Positions 1-33,900 of a stretch of DNA of 64,000 nucleotides are shown in pieces. Each line of letters begins with the position of its first letter. The first letter of the stretch is position 1. The stretch comes from Octopus sinensis. Lineage: Eukaryota. Under the pieces are notes generated by a model. The model did no database searches. It saw only the letters and a program-made list of their open reading frames with translations, and was not told where the DNA came from. The position numbers were made by a program, and so were the translations under genes. The DNA is taken from assembly GCF_006345805.1 (NCBI RefSeq), contig NW_021833435.1, positions 8,929 to 72,928 of the forward strand, given 5' to 3'.

Positions 1-340
1 CCAAGAGTTTGTTCGTTCAGAAAAATTCTTTAAAAACAAAGAAAAAAAGACCTAATTACTTTTCTACTACTGATTAGGTTTTCCCAACAAAGCAACCCTT
101 CGATGAAAATAATATTTAGCAATTTCTATAATAACAATATACTAGAATATGAAGCACTTCAATTTTTACCAAAAAAGAAAACAAACCCAGTTGTAGTAAA
201 GGTAGAAGTAGGAAAGGAATGGCCTGGGAGTCCATGGTTGAATTATGGTGATGAATGGGACTTCGTCAATAAGTTTTAACTGATTTCCTTTGAGTATGGT
301 CCAAGATGTTTGTACATGTAGCTTCAGCATTGTTCTACGT

Positions 341-723
341 TGGAGTGGCTGTGTGGTAAGTAGCTTGCTTACCAACCACATGGATCTGGGTTCAGTCCCA
401 CTGCGTAGCACCTTGAGCAAGTGTCTGCTATTATAGGCTTGGGCCAACCAAAGCCTTGTGAGTGGATTTGGTAGATGGAAACTGAAAGAAGCCCGTCGTA
501 TATATGTATATATATATATGTGTGTGTGCATATGTTTGTGTCTGTGTTGGTTCCCAAACAAGGCTTGACAACCGATGCTGGCGTGTTTATGTCCCAGTAA
601 GTTAGCGGTTCAGCAAAAGAGACTGATAGGCTTACAAAGAATAAGTCCTGGGGTTGATTTGCTCGACTAAAGGCGGTGCTCCAGCATGGCCACAGTCAAA
701 TGACTGAAACAAGTAAAAGAGTA
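341..723 (+). mobile_element. tRNA-derived CORE-like SINE (family A); further copies near 845-1185, 2507-2930, 3040-3400, 6558-6908, 8793-9057, 19357-19800, 31137-31563, 52392-52745, 59080-59467
   Basis: Recurrent GGCTGTGTGGTAAGTAGCTTGC...GGGTTCAGTCCCACTGCG..CACCTTG.GCAAGTGTC head, internal (TA)n(TG)n tract and GTAAAAGA tail. Confidence 0.85.
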
Positions 724-1320
724 TATTGGAGAAGTTCTCTAACATGGGTATTAAGTGAGCTTTATCAAAAGTCAGCCACTAAATATTCTGACTTCAAAAA
801 GGAAACCTAATATGAGATTGCCACACAAAAGATCATCAATCATAGGTGCAGGTATGGCTGTATGGTAAGAAATTTACTTCCCAACAACATGGTTCCAGGT
901 TCAGTCCAACTGCATGGCAGTTTGCACAGGTGTCTTTTACTATAACTCTGAGCTGACCAAAGCCTCGTGATTGAATTTGGTAGACAGACACTGAAAAGAA
1001 GCATGTCGTATATGTATGTGTGTGTGTTTGTGAATGTGTGCCTTTGTGTCTGTGTTTGTCCCACACCACCTCCTGGCAACTGATGGTTAGTTTATGTCCT
1101 TTCTGTAACTTAGCAGCTCAGAAGTAGACTGATAAAACAAATATATATCTGATTCAGAATGCTTCAAGTTGGTGCCCCGGCATGGCAGCAATATCTATAA
1201 TAATAACATTCTACAATATCGAGAACTTTAATTTTTGTCTAAAAAAGAGAAATAACATCAAAAAACAAAGTAATTTACAATTATCAAAATCACAGAAAAT
1301 AAAAAAGGTAAAATAAGTAC

Positions 1321-22651
<21,331 letters not shown>

Positions 22652-23419
22652 CTCAAATATTAATGAATATTAATTAAAAAAAAAAGCAGAAAGTGAAATT
22701 TAAACTTCCCGGCTGAACACGTGACTGTAAGTTAAAGGAGAATGTATATTCTTCGACACCTTTGCGTATGTACATTCCGTATTAGCCACGGAATTGCTGA
22801 ATTTAGGAGTGCACAAGCTTGGGATTTTATTGTCGGATATTTCAAAAACTTTACTTTAGTTTTAGAAGACTGGTGGGGGGTTTTGTTTTGGTATAAGATT
22901 AAATTTTATTTGTAAATATAAAATTTTATACTCATGTATATATATACGTTGTGTGCGTATTAGCCGTATTTGTTTTGGTAAAAACTAGCGCGTCAAATAA
23001 GCCAACGAAGCATCTCTATGACGAGTCTACGTCTCAGACTAATGATTAACCTGAGGCCCACGGGGGCTTTTTAAGTGGCATGTCTAAGGAAGATTTATCT
23101 TCAATTTAGTGACAGTGCTGCCCGCTTCTCGAAAAAGTTATGTATGCCTGGTCTACGATGTAGACTCTGCGTAGTCGTTTAACTTGCTAGAAATAGCAGC
23201 CAAATCGTTCCCAAATTACATTGTATCGTCGTCTCACTAAAGGTCGCATTAAAGAATATGTTCTTTGGCGTATTGACATAGGAAAAAAGACTTTTATTTC
23301 AGATCTCCTCGATCGGTACTAATTAGGAGTAAGAGCTTAGTTCAAGTTAATATGGAAAAGAAAATAATCATCTGAGTTAATTTATTTTTTTACATTACAA
23401 TTGCATACTGAATTAGTAA

Positions 23420-23760
23420 TTTATCGTGTGTAGGTGGTACTGGACGTGACAGGCACGGAGGGCATACTTTCAGACTAGTTGCCGTCTATGCCCCGACAAG
23501 AGCAGGACGACCAGATTTCTTTCGGCGTCCGGAAACCTTTCTTGGAACATTTGGCTTTTTAGTGCTAGCAGGAGGTTGGAACGGGATCTGTGACTGTGTA
23601 GGCTTATCAGACAGAAGAGGAGGGTGAAAAAGCTTTGCAAACCTGCTCAAACGATTTCAACAGTTTCACAGGTATCGACTGGATTTCTCTGATATACCAG
23701 CGTGGACCTGGTCAAACCACATCGGGTCATCCAGATCATATATCTAGATATGATCTGCAG
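23420..23760 (+). mobile_element. Decayed L1/Tx1-type LINE APE-endonuclease fragment forming the palindrome spacer
   Basis: Translates as FRLVAVYAPT...RPDFFRR..TFLG..LVLAGGWN...WTW..HIGSSR, resembling APE-type endonuclease motifs (YAP, GD[FW]N, TW..SRID). Confidence 0.6.
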
Positions 23761-24338
23761 AGCGGCACATAAGTTGTCCTCAATTTAAAGTAATATTTGT
23801 ATTTTTTTCCATGCAAACTTGAACTAAGCCCTTACGGTAAACCGCTCTTACTCCTAATTAGTACCGATTGAATAGATCAGAAATAAAAGCTATTCGAGCT
23901 GTTACCGTCTCGTCTTTTTCCCTATGCCAATGCGCTGAAGAACATATTCTTTAACGGGACCTTTCGTGAGACAGTATAATGTAATTTGGGAACGATTTGG
24001 CTACTATTTCTAGCAAGTTGAACGACTACATAAAGCCCACGCCGTAGACCAGGCATACACAACCTTTTCGAGAAGCAGGCCGTACTATTCACAAAATTGA
24101 AGGTGAATTTTCGTTAGACATGCCATTTAAAAAGTCCCGTGGGCTTCAGGTTACCCATGAGTCTTAGACATAGACAGAACATTGTAGAGAGATGCTTCGT
24201 TGGCTCGTTTGACTCGCTAGTTTTTACAAAAACAAACTCATACAATTACAGAAGCACACGCGCGCACATAAGCACGAATATAGAATGTTATATTTACAAA
24301 TAAAATTTATCTTATTCCCAAATAAAACTCGGTACAAC

Positions 24339-24637
24339 TAGCGAACAGTGGGCCCGGTGCGCGCAGTCGCGCATCCGCGCTAGCTAGTCGTAAGTAGTCG
24401 ATCCTAAAACGACTACCTAGCAAAGTAAATAAAACGCAAAATAGATAATTTTTTTTACACAAAGTAAATAATATTTTAAAAACAAAGTAAATAAAATACA
24501 AAGTAAATAATTTTTTTAAACAAAGTAAGTAAAAACACAAAAAACACAAAGTAAGGATCGACTAGTCATGATTAGCTGGCACGGATGGATGCGCGAGTAC
24601 GCGAGAGCGCGCACCGGGACGGGACCACTGTTCGCTA
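24339..24637. mobile_element. CpG-rich MITE in the copy B promoter
   Basis: Terminal inverted repeats TAGCGAACAGTGG...CCACTGTTCGCTA with further internal inverted symmetry; near-duplicated flanks GTACAAC/GTACCAC; absent at the mirror site near 22880. Confidence 0.7.
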
Positions 24638-24874
24638 GTACCACCACAAAACTCACCATAGTTCTCTGAAAATAAAACAAAGTTTTTGAAATATCTGACA
24701 ATAAAATCCCAACTCCTAGCAACTGTAATTTCGAGGATAATAGGAAATGTGAATACGTAAAAGTGGCGAAGAATATACATTCTCCTTTAACCTACTACAC
24801 AGTCACGTGTTCAACCGGGAGATTTAAATTTTCGCTTCTCCCGTTTTCTTTAATAATATTTACAAATATTCGCG

Positions 24875-24977
24875 ATGGCTGTTAACATGCCATCGTCACC
24901 TTCTTCATCGACGAAGAAGACGTCACTGGAAAAACTGTTGGACTCATTGGAAAGCAATGTCGATGTCATATGTGATG
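24875..24977 (+). CDS. CENPI: CENP-I copy B coding exon 1 (MAVNMPSSPSSSTKKTSLEKLLDSLESNVDVICD)
   Basis: ATG at 24875, donor GTACGT, phase 1. Confidence 0.8.
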
Positions 24978-27900
24978 GTACGTTTCATTGTTTTCTACTA
25001 TTTTTGTTGTTGGTTTTTTTTCTCTCTGGAATTCTTTTATTCTCCCGCTTCAACTTCCTCAAACGTCAACGATCGACATTTGTTCTTTCTTCTCCGTTTA
25101 TTGTTTTGCGGGCGATCTTTCGTCTCTAGTAGACCTTTCCGTAAAAATTTTGTGTAGATCAGTGCTTTTCAAACTTTTTGCTGGAGCGGAACCCCAAGGA
25201 AACATTCCACTGGCTCGAGGAACCCCTGTTCAATAATTTAATAGTCTTATGCACACATATCTGCACAGGAGACTTTAAAAATTACTGCCGATTTTAGCAG
25301 TTTTGTAACTTCTTGCGGAACCCTGGTTGAAAAACCACTGGTGTAGATAGACAGTTCTTAATTTTTCTCTTGTTTATAAACCTCTATTGAGAAACATTTC
25401 TCGTGGGCTCAGCAAACAAAATGGAAAAGGTGTTGCCCTGTTTGTTTGTGTTTTATTAAGAATTCTTTTCCGCATTATTTTAAACTATTTCATATGAAAA
25501 GGAAGTGACAGTTTCCAAACTAAAATCCTATTGTTGTGATATCGTATTCCCAGCTGGTTGTATTTTGATAATCATGGCGATAATCGGACGCCCACATAAG
25601 TCGGATTTTCTTCATTTTAAACGGAATTTTTTCCATTTTTTTTTTCACCACGGCCTTCAAAATGATTGTGGGCATGTTTTTATAAAAACATTTTTGAAAA
25701 TTTGTTTCTTTTTTTTTTTCGCCTCACCCCAATATCATTTCCTCCGGACTTGCTTTGGCCTGTTTTTCTTTTTTTTTTGGCACTACGCTGATGAAAACCA
25801 CAGGCAAAGTGTTTTTGATAAAAGAAAAAAAAAATGTAATATTTTCAGATAAAAAGGTGTATAATTTAAGGGAGATTTTAAAAAATTGCTTTCCATAAAA
25901 CAAAATCCCTCCCATTTCGAAGACCGTGGTGAAAAAAAAATTGGAAAATTCCCCATCAAAACGGAGCAATTCCAACTTATGTGGAGATCCATATAAATCT
26001 CCGTCATCCGAATGACTTAAATATAATTTCAGTGTTTCGTGATTTGTCAGTTCGTTTTTTCTTAAGAACAAGTTCTCAGATAGATATTGATACACAACAC
26101 CTAGTATTACTTTATTCGTCATTCCTTCGATGTAACTCGACAAAATCAAAACATTTCACTTCGGGTATCTCCGTGGAAGCAGATGACAGTTTGATTCTGT
26201 TTTCTGCTTGGAAATTCGCGGATTTTACATTCACACATGAAACAGGTAAGAACAAATATGCAAGGCTTTTTTTCTACAAGTTTAAAATGGGACATTGCTG
26301 GCATATTTTCGTTATATCTATACTCCACAACCCACGGAAATACCCGAAGTGAAATGTTTTGATTTTGTCGAGTTATATCGAAGGAATGTGATTTATTCCT
26401 TTTAAATCTAGTCCAAATTCCTGATATAGTGGGCTTCTTTGACTAGTCTTCCTTGCCACTTGACAGAAACATAGTTTTCTGCTTAACTGTGTCGTTTTGA
26501 CTTATTACGTTTTATTGTCATAACACTGATGTGAGGTGGGTGAGACATGAATCAATTAGGTGATGATCTAGCTTCATTCAGGTCAGGATGTAGGAGAGAC
26601 AACAAGAAATCATGCTTGCAAGAGTTGTTTTCATTGCAGAGATTCACATTCAACACCTTGCTGTGATTTATTGCCACCAATTTCTGTCACAAAAGCAAAG
26701 TATCACTCATGTATTACCTAAGATCTGCAATGGAAAATAACGATCATTTGTACTATAAACACAAAGCCAGAAATCCCACTACCCGGCTGGTATATATTTC
26801 ATCAAACCCAAAAGGAAGAGAGGCAAAGTTGACTTTGGTCGGCTTTGAACTCAGTGTAAGGTTGGACAAAATGCCATTAAGCATTTTTTTTTTCTCCAGC
26901 ATGCTAATGATTCTGCCACCTTGATTGAGGGATTTGGATTGTTGATGGAAGGATCATGTTACAACATTTACATGCTCTGCAACTTCAGCTTTTTATCTTT
27001 TAGCAGAGTTTCTTTTAGATGAAGTAATAGAAACAGCTGAGCAAGAAGGAGAAAGTGCAATCTATATTTATTGTAATAGATACGTAGCCAGACATAAGCA
27101 TGAAGGTAGGGGAACCATCTGAACGTAGCCGTAGCTAGCGCTGCCCTGACTGGCCTCCTGTGCCGGTGGCACGTAAAAGACACCATCCGATTGTGGCCGT
27201 TGCCAGCCTCGCCTGGCACCTGTGTCGGTGGCATGTTAAAAGCACCCACTACACTCACGGAGTGGTTGGCGTTAGGAAGGGCATCCAGCTGTAGAAACAC
27301 CGCCAGATCAGACAGGGCCTGGTGCAGCCTTCTGGCTTCCCAGACCCCAGTTGAACCGTCCAACCCATGCTAGCATGAAAAGCGGACGTTAAACGATGAT
27401 GATGATGATGATGAAGAATGTTGCAAGAGGTTGTTGTACACTTTGTTGAAATCTAATTAGGTAAGACAAGCCAAAAGTGACCTAGTGGAGGAAGTTCCTC
27501 AGTGCAGTTGAAGATTAAAGAATGATATTTGGAGTCTCTCTTTCATATTTGGCAGAAGTCTCTAACAGATATGTAAAAGTATGCTTAGCACATGCAAAAC
27601 AGTATCATGCACTTTTGGGAAAAGATCATTATCATCATTGTTTAACGTCCGCTTTCCATGCTAGCATGGGTTGGACGATTTTGACTAAGGGCTGGCGAAC
27701 CAGTTGGTTGCACCAGGCTTCAATCTTGATCTGGCAGAGTTTCTACAGCTGGATGCCCTTCCTAACGCCAACCACTCCGAGAGTGTAGTGGGTGCTTTTA
27801 TGTGCCACCAGCATGGGGCCAGTCAAGCTGTACTGGCAACAACCTCGCTCGAATCTTTTACACATGCCACCGGCACAGGTGCCAGTAAGGCGATGCTGGT

Positions 27901-30900
27901 AACGATCACGCTCGAATGGTGCCTTTTACATGCCACCGGCACGGACGCCAGATAACTGCTCTGGCAATGATCACGCTCGGATGGAGTGGTAAGGTCAGTA
28001 ATTGTACTGGAACTCCATTACAGTCATACAAAAGTGGATACCTGGTTACTCTTGTGTGCTTAATGTGCTCTGAAGCATCTTCATCAGTCAACGCCATTGG
28101 CATACACATCAGTTGTGCAAGATAGAGGTACTGACATGCTCCAAAGTGGGATGCATCTCTTCTCTTCCACACAAGTTGTGTTGACCGAGTCTGAATTCTT
28201 GACTTGAATTCCTTTTGTTGTCAGCAAGGCTTTTATGTTATATCAGCTCTGGATGGATTCCATCCATTCAGCAGCTGTGGATTCTTTTTGAAAAGGAATC
28301 CTCAAATCTTTCCTCAGGTGTTTGGTACATCCTTCATTGAAACAAACAAGCTGGTCTCTTGATCAGGACAGATTTTATATTGAATGTATGGTGACGGAAA
28401 ACATCAGATGTGAGTATCACCTGGTATTACATGTTCCGATTAGTTTGACTTGCAGAAGAATCACTTTCTCTAAACAAAGATTCTCTTCAGAAGCACATGG
28501 TGCATTCGCATTATCAGACATGTGTATTTCATCACTACTGGGAGAAAATGTAAATCCCTTTCTTAAATGGGTTTGAGTTGTAAGATTTTGATCATCTTAA
28601 GGATTTATAGTCTCCCGCCTTTTCTAGGTGACATTTTAGGACACACTAGCTTCAACAGAGATAATTACCATTCCAGTAACATGCTGTGGCAGTTAATGGG
28701 TTAAATCACAATATCACAGTTCAACCACTAGTGCTTGACATTTCTCATCTGCAGCCAATATATCTGTGTTTTTATATACAAGACACCTACATGGGATATT
28801 TCTCGGAGTGAATACAGCAGTATTACAGCATTCCTATTATACATTCACATAAAATAAGATAGGACGGTTGCTCTTTGGTAATAGTACTGCCTCAACTGAT
28901 TGTGACCGATGCCAGTACCCACTGACTGGCTCCTGTAATGGTGGCTTGTAAAAAGCACCATCCGAATGTGTTCGTTACCAGGCCTGCTTTATTGGCTCCA
29001 GTGCTGGTGGTACGTAAAAAGCACCAACCAATCGTGACCGATGCCCAGTATCCCCTGACTGGTGGCCAGTAAGACTCGTCTTACTGGCCCCTGAGCTGGT
29101 GGCACGTAAAAAGCACCCACTACACTCTTGGTGTGGTTGGCATTAGGAAGGGCATCCAGCTGTAGAAATTCTGCCAGATTGGAGCCTGGTGCAGCTGCTG
29201 GCTCTCCAGACATCAGTCAAACCGTCTAACCCATGCCAGCATGGAAAACGAACGTTATTCGATGATGTGTGTTTTTGTGTATTCCTTAGTCTTCTCCTCA
29301 TATGATGGTTTTAAATGGACGTCATCATCATATAAGTGATGTTGTTTGTTTTGAGTCTTCCATGATATATATGACTGGCCATGGAGAAATACTACTTTGC
29401 TTCGGAACAGATGAAGGTTGATGACAGGAAGAGCATCAAGCTGTAGAAAATTTGCTTCAAAAAATTTTGTCTGAACCAAGCACACGTGGTAAAATGGACA
29501 TTAAATGATGATGATACATAAAAAACTAAAAAAATTGTATGGATTTGCATGAGAAGTCTGTATAACTGAACCTCAGATTAATTAGCATAAATTATTTAGT
29601 TGGTATGGAAAAGTGAACCTTATGTTAAAGCATTGTTGATATAGTATTGGTTAGTATGTGTCTTTATTCTTCTTCTACTTGTTTCAGTCATTAGATAATG
29701 GCCATGCTGTGGCAGCAGCTCGAAGGATTTTAGTTGAATGAATTAATTGACCCCAGAATTTATTTATTTTTTTTCCATTAAAATCTGGTACTTATTGTTT
29801 GGGTTCCTTTTTCCAAACTGATAAGTTATGGGAACTTAAATAGACCAACGCTGATGAGTCACACACACACACACATGTGCTTTCAGTTACTGTCTACCAA
29901 ATCAACTAACGAATCACTGGTCAGTCTGGGGCTATAGTAGAAGACACTTGCCCAAGGTGCCATGCAGTGGACCTTAACCCAGAAACATATGGTAAGAAGT
30001 TTGCACAAAGAAATTACAGTGCACCCATTGTTTTGGGGGTACTTTGAAATTATTGATCAGGATTTTTTTTTTACCAAATCGGTCTGTGGTAATTTTAGAT
30101 TGTCCCAGAACTTGTTGCATGAAAATCTGAAATGAAACATATAAATAGCTCATGCCCCATGGACTATTATAGAAAAACATTATTTGTTTTATTTGAAAAG
30201 TAAAATAGGCAGAGGCATGGCTCTGTGGTTTAGAAGTTGGCTTTGCAATCACATGGTTTTGGGTTCAGTTCCAATGCATGACACCTTGGTTAAGTGTTTT
30301 CTACTATAACCGAGGCCAACTGATGCGTTGTGAGTGAATTTGGTAGACAGTAACTGTGTGGTGGCCTGTTGAGTGATTGTGTGTAGGGTTGTGGGCTGTT
30401 GTCCTCCCACTGCCACTACTTGACCTGTGTTGGCCTGTTTGTGTCCATTAACTTATTGGTTCAACAAAAGAGGCCAATAGAGCAAGTACATCATCATCAT
30501 CATCATCGTTTAACGTCTGCTTTCCATGCTAGCATGGGTTGGACGATTTTGACTGAGGGCTGGCGAACCAGATGGCTGCACCAGGCTCCAATCTTGATTT
30601 GTCAGAGTTTCTACAGCTGGATGCCTTTCCTAATGCTACGCCCTTCCTAACGCAGATGCCTTTCCTAACACGATGCCCTATATGTCCTGGGGTCGATTTG
30701 TTTGATTAACCCTTTAGTGTTCGCATTATTCTGCCAAAATTAATGCTTTTTCATCCACTTTGGTTTGAACTAATCAAACATTATCTTGTAACTATGAGAA
30801 TTTGATGAGGTAGCTGTTAATTTTTAAAATGATATTGTAGGGTTGGTGTGAGAGACCAGATCTGGCCAATTTGAACATAAAACAGGCAGAATACTTTTGG

Positions 30901-33900
30901 CCGGATATGGCCGGTTTAAATGCTAAAGGGTTAAACCCTTTAAAGGTATTACTTCAGCTTGGCCATTACCCAGTAAGTGAAACAAATAAGAGAAGAGAAA
31001 TAATGGGAATCAATGAATCCAGAAGCGAGAAAGAAACAAAAATGGTAGATAGGAGATCTAGGAATTGCTAAAAGAAAAGAAAATCTGTAGTTTGTATTAA
31101 CGAAAGGTGATAGTCAAACTTTAGGCTATATTTCATATACTCTTTACTCTTTTATTTGTTTCAGTCATTTGACTGCGGCCATGCTGGAGCACCGCCGTTA
31201 GTCAAGAAAATCGACCCCAGGACTTATTCTTTGTAAGCCTAAGTACTTATTCTATCGGTCTCTTTTGCCGGACCGCTAAGTTACAGGGATGTAAACACAC
31301 CACCATCAGTTGTCAAGCGGTGATGGGGGGGGGACAAACACAGACACACGATATCTATCTATCTATCTATATATATATATATATACATACATACATATAT
31401 AGAACGTGCTTCTTTCAGTTTCTGTCTACCAAATCCACTCACAAGGCTTTGGTTGGCTTGAGGCTATAGTAGAAGACACTTGCCCAAAGTGCCACGCAGT
31501 GGGACTGAACCCGGAACCATGTGGTTGGTAAGCAAGCTACTTACCACGCATCCACTCCTGCGCATATTATAATTGTAATTGTATAATATTTCCATGAATG
31601 GAAGCTGTGTGCAGTTATTTAACATACAGGAAATAGAAACCAAATCCCTCATAAAGCATATACCCTTAAGAGTGTGACATTGTAAATAGGTCTGCTTGAT
31701 CAGGATTGCACTTATCATTCTGAAAACCAGGTTCCAATCCAGGATGCAGCAACCAAGTCCCACCCTCCCACTTCTCAGTCCATCATCACAGCCTTGAGGT
31801 CCTGGATTCATTCCAGGTCAATGTCTACAGGCAAGTTGTCTCCGTAAGCGTGATGACGTTTTCCTCTTCTTACATCACCACGAAATGGGTTCCACGAGAC
31901 TAATTTGGATGCTTCCATTTGAGGGTGGCACACACAGTGACCAGATAGTCACAGCCGTCTTTGCCAGATCTTCTCACTAGCTTTTGGCAGGTTTCCAGAA
32001 AGACTTAATATAGTCTGAACCTATCAGAGGGGACACATGCACGCACACGTGTGTGTATGTATAAACACACACACACACTCCTAATGCAAGTTAAAATACC
32101 GACATTGGATTTGTAGTCAACACATTATACCAGTGGTTTTCAACCAGGGTTCCGCGGAACCTTAGGGTTCCGCCAGTACAGTCCAGGGGTTCCTCAAGAA
32201 GTTACAAAACTGCTAAAATCGGCAGTAATTTTTAATTCTCCTGTGCAGATATGTGTGCATAAGACTATTAAATTATTGCACAGGGGTTCCTCGAGCCAGT
32301 GGAATGTTTCCTTGGGGTTCCGCTCCAGCAAAAAGGTTGAAAAGCATTGCATTATACATTCCTTCATTCCTTTACTGCAGTGCACTAGCACATTCGTTAG
32401 TATTCCAGGCAAAATTCTTAGTGGCATATTGTCCATATTTGTTCTGAGTTCAAATTTCACTGAGGTCTACTTTACCTTCCAACCTTTTAGGGTGGGTAAA
32501 ACACGTACCAGTTGAGTACTGGGGTTGATGTAAACAACTTACCCCCCCTCTCTGAAATTGCTGCCCTTGTGCTAAAATTTGAAACCAATACATCATACAT
32601 TTCTCTGTTTCTCTTCTTCTAGATGTTAATGAATGAAATCACTTTAGAGCAATGCTTATACATTGGAGTATTTTTCTATGATATTCTGGTATTATCAGCT
32701 TTCTGTGTCAGTTACCCCAGGTGGGATTATCTACATGATTATTTAACTTGCAAGAAATAGTTTCTAAATTCCATGTAGGTGACATCGTACCATCTCAGAA
32801 GAGAATACTTTGGATGATGTGGTCCTGGGTGTGTTCTGCCAAGGAAATTCATGGAAGGGTCATGACTGGTTTGCTTGCCTTTTCTTCATAGCTTTGCTTA
32901 GGGCTGACCTATGTTACACAACTACTATCAGTTTAGAACTTCTATATTTATACACACACTAGCAGTATCGCCTGGCGTTGCTATATAAGCATTTTTAGAG
33001 AGTTACTTTCCTTATATAATAGCAAAAAAAATGCATTAAAAATGGGAAAAAATTATGATAAATTTTTTTTTAAATCATAGACTCGATATGAATCACGGCT
33101 ATAAGATACCCGGTTTTGGTTAAACTGCACCGCAAAATGTGGGAGTAGTTAGGAATCTAAATCATAGGAGACAGACACACAACTTCACTTTTATATGTAA
33201 AGATTTCAGGTAGAGACATGGTGGTGTGGGTAAGGAGTTTGCTTTCCCACTGCTTCCACCATGAACAGAAGAAAACAAAGAAAATCAATGCTGGCGGGAT
33301 ATCCATGTGTACATGTCTCCCAACCTGTGATATCACGGAACTCACAATTGGTTTTCACCCGTTCCAATTCTCTCTACCGGAAATATTTAAGCTAAAGTAG
33401 ATGGTTTTAAGAATGACCGAAATGTACTACATTTTTCTATCTTTTAGTTATTAACATTTGTGAGTATCAAAAAATTAAACTGACTGAAATCTAATATTAC
33501 ATCTGTGTGATTATGACCTTCTCTTTACAGAAAGTTCATTTAAGAAACCAAGAGGGAAGCTGAAAACCTGCATTGTTAATGTGAAAGTCTGTGCACGAGC
33601 TGTAGGTTTATCACATGAAGATATTCTGGGACTGGTTAATGTTGCTGCAAGTCTACGATATGGTGAGACCTATTAATGCTCCCTTTTTTGTTTTTTGCCT
33701 TTATTTTTCTCTGCAGGTTTTACTGTTTCATTCTTTGTGTGATGTTTTAATAAATTTTGAAGGCTGATCTGAAAATGCTGAGCCTTACAAAAGAGATGAC
33801 AGAGGACGGAGTTATGTTGCACATTGATGTGCTCCAGAGGATGGACTTATGTTGCGCATTGATGTGCTCCAGAGGACGTGGCTATTACAACAGAATTGAT

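Larger units (their letters stand above)
22652..24874. promoter_or_regulatory. Divergent (head-to-head) promoter region between the two CENP-I start codons
   Basis: 2.2 kb between opposing ATGs, itself inverted-symmetric and relatively CpG-rich. Each arm has CACGTG (22718-22723; 24804-24809) followed by CCGGGA and TTTAAA (22699-22704; 24823-24828), about 50-70 bp upstream of the ATG. Confidence 0.6.
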
